A DNA stretch of 63,636 nt, the filler included, from Perkinsus chesapeaki ATCC PRA-425 (lineage: Eukaryota > Protista > Perkinsozoa): assembly GCA_013115145.1 (NCBI GenBank). It is 10 parts of 10 records of this genome, joined end to end, with 100 filler letters (N's around TTAATTAATTAA, not from the genome) between each part and the next. Parts side by side here need not be neighbours in the genome. Positions count along the whole stretch, not along the records: positions 61,571 to 63,636 come from JAAPAO010001688.1; 9 more parts are not named here. One strand, given 5' to 3'. A model generated the notes under the pieces. It saw nothing but the letters and a program-made list of their open reading frames with translations. It searched no databases and was not told where the DNA came from. Positions within the stretch are counted from its first letter, which is position 1; each line of letters opens with the position of its first letter. This document shows positions 61,617-63,636 of this stretch, piece after piece. A program made the translations under genes and the position numbers.

Positions 61617-63636
61617 CTAGGCCTGAGAGATACCATCGGTTTTTGCTAATAGTAGACAACTGACCCTATAGCATTGAATCCCGGAGTAGAAGCATCCATG
61701 ATGCTGAGGAAGCAAGGCGTGTAATGAAGGCTTGCGAATGTAAAACGACTCTGCCGCTGAACTTGAGCAAGTTGGACCGGCGTAAAACTCACGGGTTTCA
61801 CCTAGAGGGAGGTAGCTCAGAAAGGTTCTCACGACATAACACAAGCCTTTCTCGAAGCAAGTTGCTTGGATGAAACAGCATTAACATGACTCATCCAGAC
61901 GGCAGTGCCACCTACACTACGGGGCGACACGTAACACTCAAGTAAGAGGAGTATAGTTGCTATGGATTACACACAAAGGACAGGGATAAGCACCCAGAGA
62001 AGGTAGCTTCCCAGTGCACGAGTTCAATGCTTCTTAACATCACAATGTCACATGACGTAACGGCTTGCTGGATACCTGGTATGAGTGCGGCTAGGGAAGG
62101 AACTACTAAAGCGAAGGATCCGAATCGGTAACCGATTTACAGATTCGAATCGGTCTGGGGTGATGATATCATCCAACACGCACCAGCAGCAATGACTTCG
62201 AAATTCGAGGCAATGTTGAGGCTGACAGTATCGTTTCCAACATAGTGTGGAAACCAAGAGCCCGTCCAACCTGCTCCGCTCTTACTCGAGATACCCTACT
62301 GAAGCAAAACTTACGCAGCGCTCGCTAAGATGGTCGACCAGGCGGCGGCGACAAGGTCTGTTGATGGCGAGGATTTCGCACGCATGCGCAGCTGCGCGCG
62401 CGTGCATGGCGGTAGCGGTTGGCGCAATACACTATCTCCAATGTCGGGCACGGCAAAGGCTAGCAACCGTTGGTTCAAAGGCTGTGGCGTCTTAGATCTA
62501 AGAGGTTTCAACCAGTCAGTAAAAGCACACAATTTTGTCCCAGTTCGGATTCCCAAGCGCATAGCAATTAGTATGTAGCGCTGCCTAGTTATTGGAAGCG
62601 GTATATGTCTGACGTGATGCAGCAGCAGCAGCAGTAGCAGCATCTGTTAGCATTTTCTAAGTTCCGCGGGAATATCGGGTTTTGCGGCGAAATTACTTTA
62701 GTGACTATCAACTTGGCCGCGCAGGTCCTACTCCAACCGACTTAATGCACAACATTCAGTTGGCTTCCAGAGCCCTGGACGCCACTTGGAGGTGAACGTG
62801 AACCCCTTGAAGATCTTCAGATGGCTCTATCTCAGGCAATCTAGATGATAGTACCGAGCAACGTGGACCCAGTGATGGGAAGGTGCGATAATCTTAAGTT
62901 GATGATGCTGCTGCTACCGTTACAATGTTTGTATGGACGTGGATAGCAGGAGTATGTCCCAAAGTGGGGAGTGTTGCGGTTTCCTGTCAATGAGTACACT
63001 AGTATGGACATGAGCATATGATATGCGAACAGAAGATGTGAACAGATGATCACAGCAGCTACGATGCACTTAATAGCTCCGAAACAGTGTCCCTCTCGTT
63101 GTTCCATTAGATTCAGTTGTTAGGAATGTTGACAAACACGGCAGCTAAGCACCTCAGCTTTATATCATGAATCCGCCAACTTTGAAGTCTTTTAGATCTG
63201 TACTCAACAAGCCTTATCGAGGAGACATCTGTAAACTCTTCTAGTTAGAAACCGGAAGAGTTCCACTCTGTAATAAACCTCTCCGTTTATCAAGATTTCA
63301 TAAGTAGATCAAGCCATGACGGACATAAGTGTGAGCGATTAAGCAAAGTTGACAAACAGCTGGAAGTTAACTTCAATTGTAACTTGCAGCTGGTAAACGC
63401 GTTATGATCTTCATGTCATGAAGTTGGCATGAAGTTCATAATCGCACTATTCTGACATATAGAGTAGGGTCGATGGACCACTCTTCACTGATCTATGTAC
63501 ACATTACTCTTCGAGCTTTTGCTTGACGTTTGAGAAAGGTATTCTCGTCCACAAACAGCATGCCGGACGGAGAAGTAGCCGACGACTATGCCGAGGACGA
63601 GTATAACAGAATTGAGAGAGGCAGCAATCCAACCAT
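61617..63636 (-). CDS. Unresolved minus-strand exons (one segment helical-repeat-like, others TM-like)
   Basis: Segments such as ARTAAHACEILAINRPCRRRLVDHL and WIAASLNSVILVLGIVVGYFSVR; gene models not resolved. Confidence 0.25.

Overview
This window is not one locus. It is 10 separate contigs joined by 9 artificial 100-nt linkers (N44-TTAATTAATTAA-N44): 1-6407, 6508-26699, 26800-32764, 32865-35558, 35659-47094, 47195-52738, 52839-56444, 56545-59652, 59753-61470, 61571-63636. Adjacency across linkers carries no biological meaning. The DNA is eukaryotic, with many short (about 40-60 nt) GT-AG introns. Helical-repeat/RAP-type proteins, lineage-specific secreted proteins and an extremely AT-rich contig suggest a myzozoan alveolate, most likely Perkinsus-like (inference, not verified). 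Recognisable genes: cathepsin L (one in-frame TAG), an LRAT/NlpC-P60 protein, an S10 serine carboxypeptidase, organellar IF-2, GILT thiol reductase, two HPR/RAP-like proteins, an EF-hand protein, a catalytically dead GH18-like protein, an NHL-repeat mucin, a very long poly-Thr mucin and several orphan secreted proteins. Mobile DNA: a Ty3/gypsy pol-integrase with PPT and LTR, a near-intact tyrosine-recombinase (DIRS-order) retrotransposon, a decayed DIRS-like copy, a 530-bp hAT-type MITE with 8-bp TSD, and a MULE/SWIM remnant. The most unusual signals are: (1) 14 perfect odd-length palindromes (arms 7-16 bp, exactly one central base), often chained, within 4.8 kb around the hAT MITE; (2) a 1718-bp AT-rich contig that is one giant inverted repeat; (3) a three-copy repeat family whose hairpins occupy the same positions but differ in sequence; (4) 14 GATC sites in 181 bp. 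Exon boundaries were inferred by eye and many gene ends are approximate. Several frameshifts fall in homopolymer runs and are probably sequencing errors.
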